Positions 60,671-64,000 of a stretch of 64,000 nucleotides of DNA are shown here, one piece after another. Origin of the DNA: Macrostomum lignano (Eukaryota); the NCBI GenBank assembly GCA_002269645.1, contig NIVC01002890.1, positions 67,604 through 131,603 of the forward strand, written 5' to 3'. A model generated the notes under the pieces. The model had not been told where the DNA came from. It saw only the letters and a list, made by a program, of their open reading frames with translations, and made no database searches. The position numbers were made by a program, and so were the translations under genes. Positions within the stretch are counted from its first letter, which is position 1; every line of letters begins with the position of its first letter.

Positions 60671-62448
60671 AGCAAAAATATTTTTGTAAAAATATTCCAA
60701 AACTACAAAAATAGTTAGGCCTATCGCCTATAATTACAACCAAAAGTAATTACATAATTGCCTGATACTGTAATATTTAAACGTAAATAGAGACTGCTTT
60801 GTGAAATAAAATAAAAGTAACACAAGTTTATTATATATTAGTTGGTTTCGTGTTTCCACGTTCATTGATTTTAGGTAAATAAAATATGTAGTAGGCTTAG
60901 TTTTCAATTATCGTCGACGTCGATTTATAATAATTGATTTATAATTTTAAGCCTTACCACTTTTTGATTTAATATTCATTAATTCATTCTGCGGAACCAA
61001 AAGCATTCTATTGCTGCTTCAAATGGTAGGGTGCTTGCTTGAGTTGTGTGGTCATTAGAGTTTCTAGTGTTTAGGCGCGAGCGAGCGGGCCGGTCGGTCG
61101 GTCCACAGGTCCAAATTCAGCGGTTGTCGAATTTGAATCATCGATAAATTTCTTTGAACTCTTAGTGTTTTAAACAAATCTTCTAAGTTTACTAGGAATT
61201 ATTCAATTATTGGGTGTCTAATGTCCAGAAATAGTAGTTTATATGGTATCTAAGCGGCCAAAGTTATTGCTACTGTTGACAAAGGCTTCCAGAATTGATG
61301 TCACCAGGGTAAACGGATCTACTTTGCTAATAAAATAGGTCTGCTCGCATACAATTATTTAGAGCTAAAATTCTATTTTGCTTACTGATAGTATACTGAC
61401 GCCCACCGCCCACTGCCATGCACGGAAAAAAAGATTGCACGGAAATACGTAATCGCTCGTTAATTTCTTATCAACAATTGCTAGCTAAATATATTATTTA
61501 TGTTTATTAAACCTTCTCTTTTCGAGTTTGAAGCCTGAGCTCTTATTGGTGTATTCCCACGAGAGGCTGAGAGAAATGAATCAGGCACATTCTCAGATTT
61601 TCAAACTAAAGTAAGTGGGCTAGCTGCAGTGCTTTGCTGGCGATGTATTTCGAGACTTAATGTTAAAAACGGAACTAAAAAACAAAAATGTAATCGAATC
61701 AGGGTGTTGTTCTTATCCTGGGAAAGTCAACCGAAAAAAATCAAACAGAGAGCGGACCTCGACCAGTATGAAAGGTTAAAGCTGTGGTCACTTTAAGAAA
61801 TCGGCTGATGTTCCACACTGGATGTCCAATCGATCAGTAAAAAAGGTCACCCTGATTTATTGTACTTACTTCGTACACGGGGTGGGGATCCACAAACCGC
61901 GTTCAAGTCTGCCCAGGAGGACCGGAAGGGTTAGTCTAAATAGCGGTGAAAACGCGCGGAAATGGAACACAGGTGCCCGTGCGGGAAAATTTGGCGGAGA
62001 CAACCATCACAGCAACTCATGAAGGTCGGAAACAAACGCGGAAACATGAACAGAAAAAGCTGGTCTAAAAACTTATAAAAATTAGAATCGAAAGATTACA
62101 CAATGTTTACCTAAGCATTGAGAAAACGATCCGGTTATTAGTTTGAAAAAACAACTGCTGGTAGTTCTGGTTCGAAATATATATAATTGTTGAAATCTAT
62201 AATTTCGATAAAGTCATTCCGACTTTTTTTAAGACAAGAATTAAAAAGAATGATAAGTTTTACAATTACCGCGAGACAATATTGACAGAGCAGACAAGAA
62301 AACAAGAATTAAATTTACATTTTCCAGAGTTAGCTAAAATACATGTGCGACGAATAATGAAAACATTTGCGAGTGGTCTGTTTTGTCTGTATTTGTCTGT
62401 TTATTCATTAGTTTTCAGTAGTTCAAGATCTCTTCGCACGATTGCATT

Positions 62449-62880
62449 CTAGCAGAATTCCCGATCGCTGTACATGCAGCCAAACTGTACATCAACGTAC
62501 AAAGTCTCCAGGGTTGTAGCACTAGTTCTTGCGCAGGTTTGAAATTTAATTGTTTTAGTGAGGCACCGAGGATCACCGCTGACGCAGCGACTGTGAATTA
62601 ACAATCCGGGAAGCAGGTCGTCGCGCACTTCGTAGCAGAGATAGCTGAAACAGCTTTTGGGCTTAGCAACGGCATAGTATGCCACGGCAGAGTTGCAAGG
62701 CTTTAGATTAGATCCATTCATTTCCTTTAGCAGCTCACGGATACTGTGGGTGTTTTGTGTGTCCAGATTTGAAAGCTTGGTGTTATTAATTCCGTCGAAG
62801 ACGCTGCAGTCGATGGCTGCCAAGTTGCTGCGTAGCTGCAGGAGTAGCAGGTACAGAAGTGTCACAATTTTCGGACACAT
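62449..62880 (-). CDS. Putative small secreted Cys-rich protein, 143 aa (possibly three-finger/Ly6-like)
   Basis: ATG start, hydrophobic leader IVTLLYLLLLQL, 9 Cys after the leader, N-glycosylation sequons NNT and NGS; GC content above flanks. Confidence 0.55.
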   Translation of the reverse strand: MCPKIVTLLYLLLLQLRSNLAAIDCSVFDGINNTKLSNLDTQNTHSIRELLKEMNGSNLKPCNSAVAYYAVAKPKSCFSYLCYEVRDDLLPGLLIHSRCVSGDPRCLTKTIKFQTCARTSATTLETLYVDVQFGCMYSDREFC

Positions 62881-64000
62881 TGGTGCTCAAGCGCGATGAA
62901 AAACTAACTCCTACTAGTTTGGAATATCAGATTCTTTCTTGTTTTGGCCTTCTCTGTAAATTTTTGGCTTTAATATTTTATAGCATTTTTTCAACCCTGC
63001 AGGTTGCATCTGACTCTTTGAGTCAGGAATAGAGCTCACATTTGTAATTAATATAGACAATATGCGAGCTATGGAATTTAGAGATAAGGAGGTAACCCAA
63101 CTGATATGGGGTCCGATACATCTGTTTGAGTCTGATGTCAGAGCTACAATAAGCAATGCAAACAGCAATGTATCTCCGTTTATGTGCATGCGATGACGGA
63201 AGTTTAAATTCAGGTCTGACACAGTCATACCGGAATTTTTAGCCACCTGGTAATTAGCGAGCTACTGCCACCCGTGACTTAATAGTCGTAGAAGAATATA
63301 GTTTAAAGCTTGTTCACACTGCCATCAAATGAGCAATGAAAAAATGTACAAGGCACTGTGCCGTTTGACGATCATTTGATGGAGGTGTGAACGAGAATTT
63401 AATGGTAGATTTTGGTTGGCTGGCCTTCAAGTGAGTCACATTGTGCAGCATGATGCCGCGTTCAGCCGCTAGTTGCAAAGCCTTCAACCGCGTCTCGGGC
63501 TGTTTTGCGTCTGACTGTGACGCTGTCGTTCGCTGAGATTTTCCCATGCGTGTGCAAATCTTAAAGGATTAATAACAGTAGAATTACCAAGATGAGATTC
63601 CCCCTGACAATTTTTTTGCTGCGCCGAAACGGAGCAAAGCAGGTACATGGAATTTCAAGAACACGGACTAACTTTTTGTTTTGCACCTTTTTAAAAAAGA
63701 AATGAGTCGCAAGCCGTCCGGACCGTCAAGATATTCAGCGATTCTTCCAGAAAATCGGAAGGCTGCGCCTCAGTGCAGCCTTGCCAAGCCTCCGAATTTC
63801 ATTAGCACGTCGACCACACGTGTATGCACATGTGACTTCGTTGATCACTGGCCTTCACCCAGGCGGAGCTTCTGGATCTTCAACAAGGTGGTTGAAGGTG
63901 GTCACCATGAACACTGTAGTGAATTTCTCCACTTTTTGCTGATCAAGCCTCGAAAGTGGGCAAGCCTCAACTTCTGGACATTCTCAGTTAGTCTCTCAAA

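Noticed and set aside
61229-61780. Possible small plus-strand spliced gene (MVSKRPKLLLLL..., donor GTAAGT at 61611)
   Set aside because: Splice-like signals only; the short product has no recognisable homology.
63700-64000. GC-richer stretch at the window end as an exon
   Set aside because: No frame gave a recognisable motif and the sequence is cut by the window edge.

Overview
Eukaryotic (metazoan) genomic DNA with GC-rich exons, AT-rich spacers and introns largely filled by minisatellites. This style resembles flatworm (Macrostomum-like) genomes, which is an inference. Manual splicing gives, on the minus strand: a 4-exon engrailed homeobox gene, a 3-exon CACUL1-like cullin-domain gene, a 5-exon WDR62/MAPKBP1-like gene, an intron-free RPS16 CDS, a CREB/ATF1-type bZIP terminal exon and a small secreted Cys-rich ORF. 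On the plus strand there is a compact GRIPAP1-like coiled-coil gene. A young Ty3/Gypsy LTR retrotransposon is present with 193-bp LTRs, ACTA TSD, a tRNA-Leu-type PBS, two CCHC knuckles and a GGGAAAC -1 frameshift signal. A near-identical 10.13-kb tandem duplication (8426-18557 / 18562-28688) breaks inside CACUL1 exon 3 and inside the Gypsy RT. It creates a truncated CACUL1 copy that reads antisense into the retroelement, and a gag-intact, pol-truncated element beside a full-length one. The window also holds several non-autonomous TIR elements, a foldback element, three tRNA-derived SINEs and about 16 tandem arrays. All homology calls come from motif recognition by eye, not from database searches.
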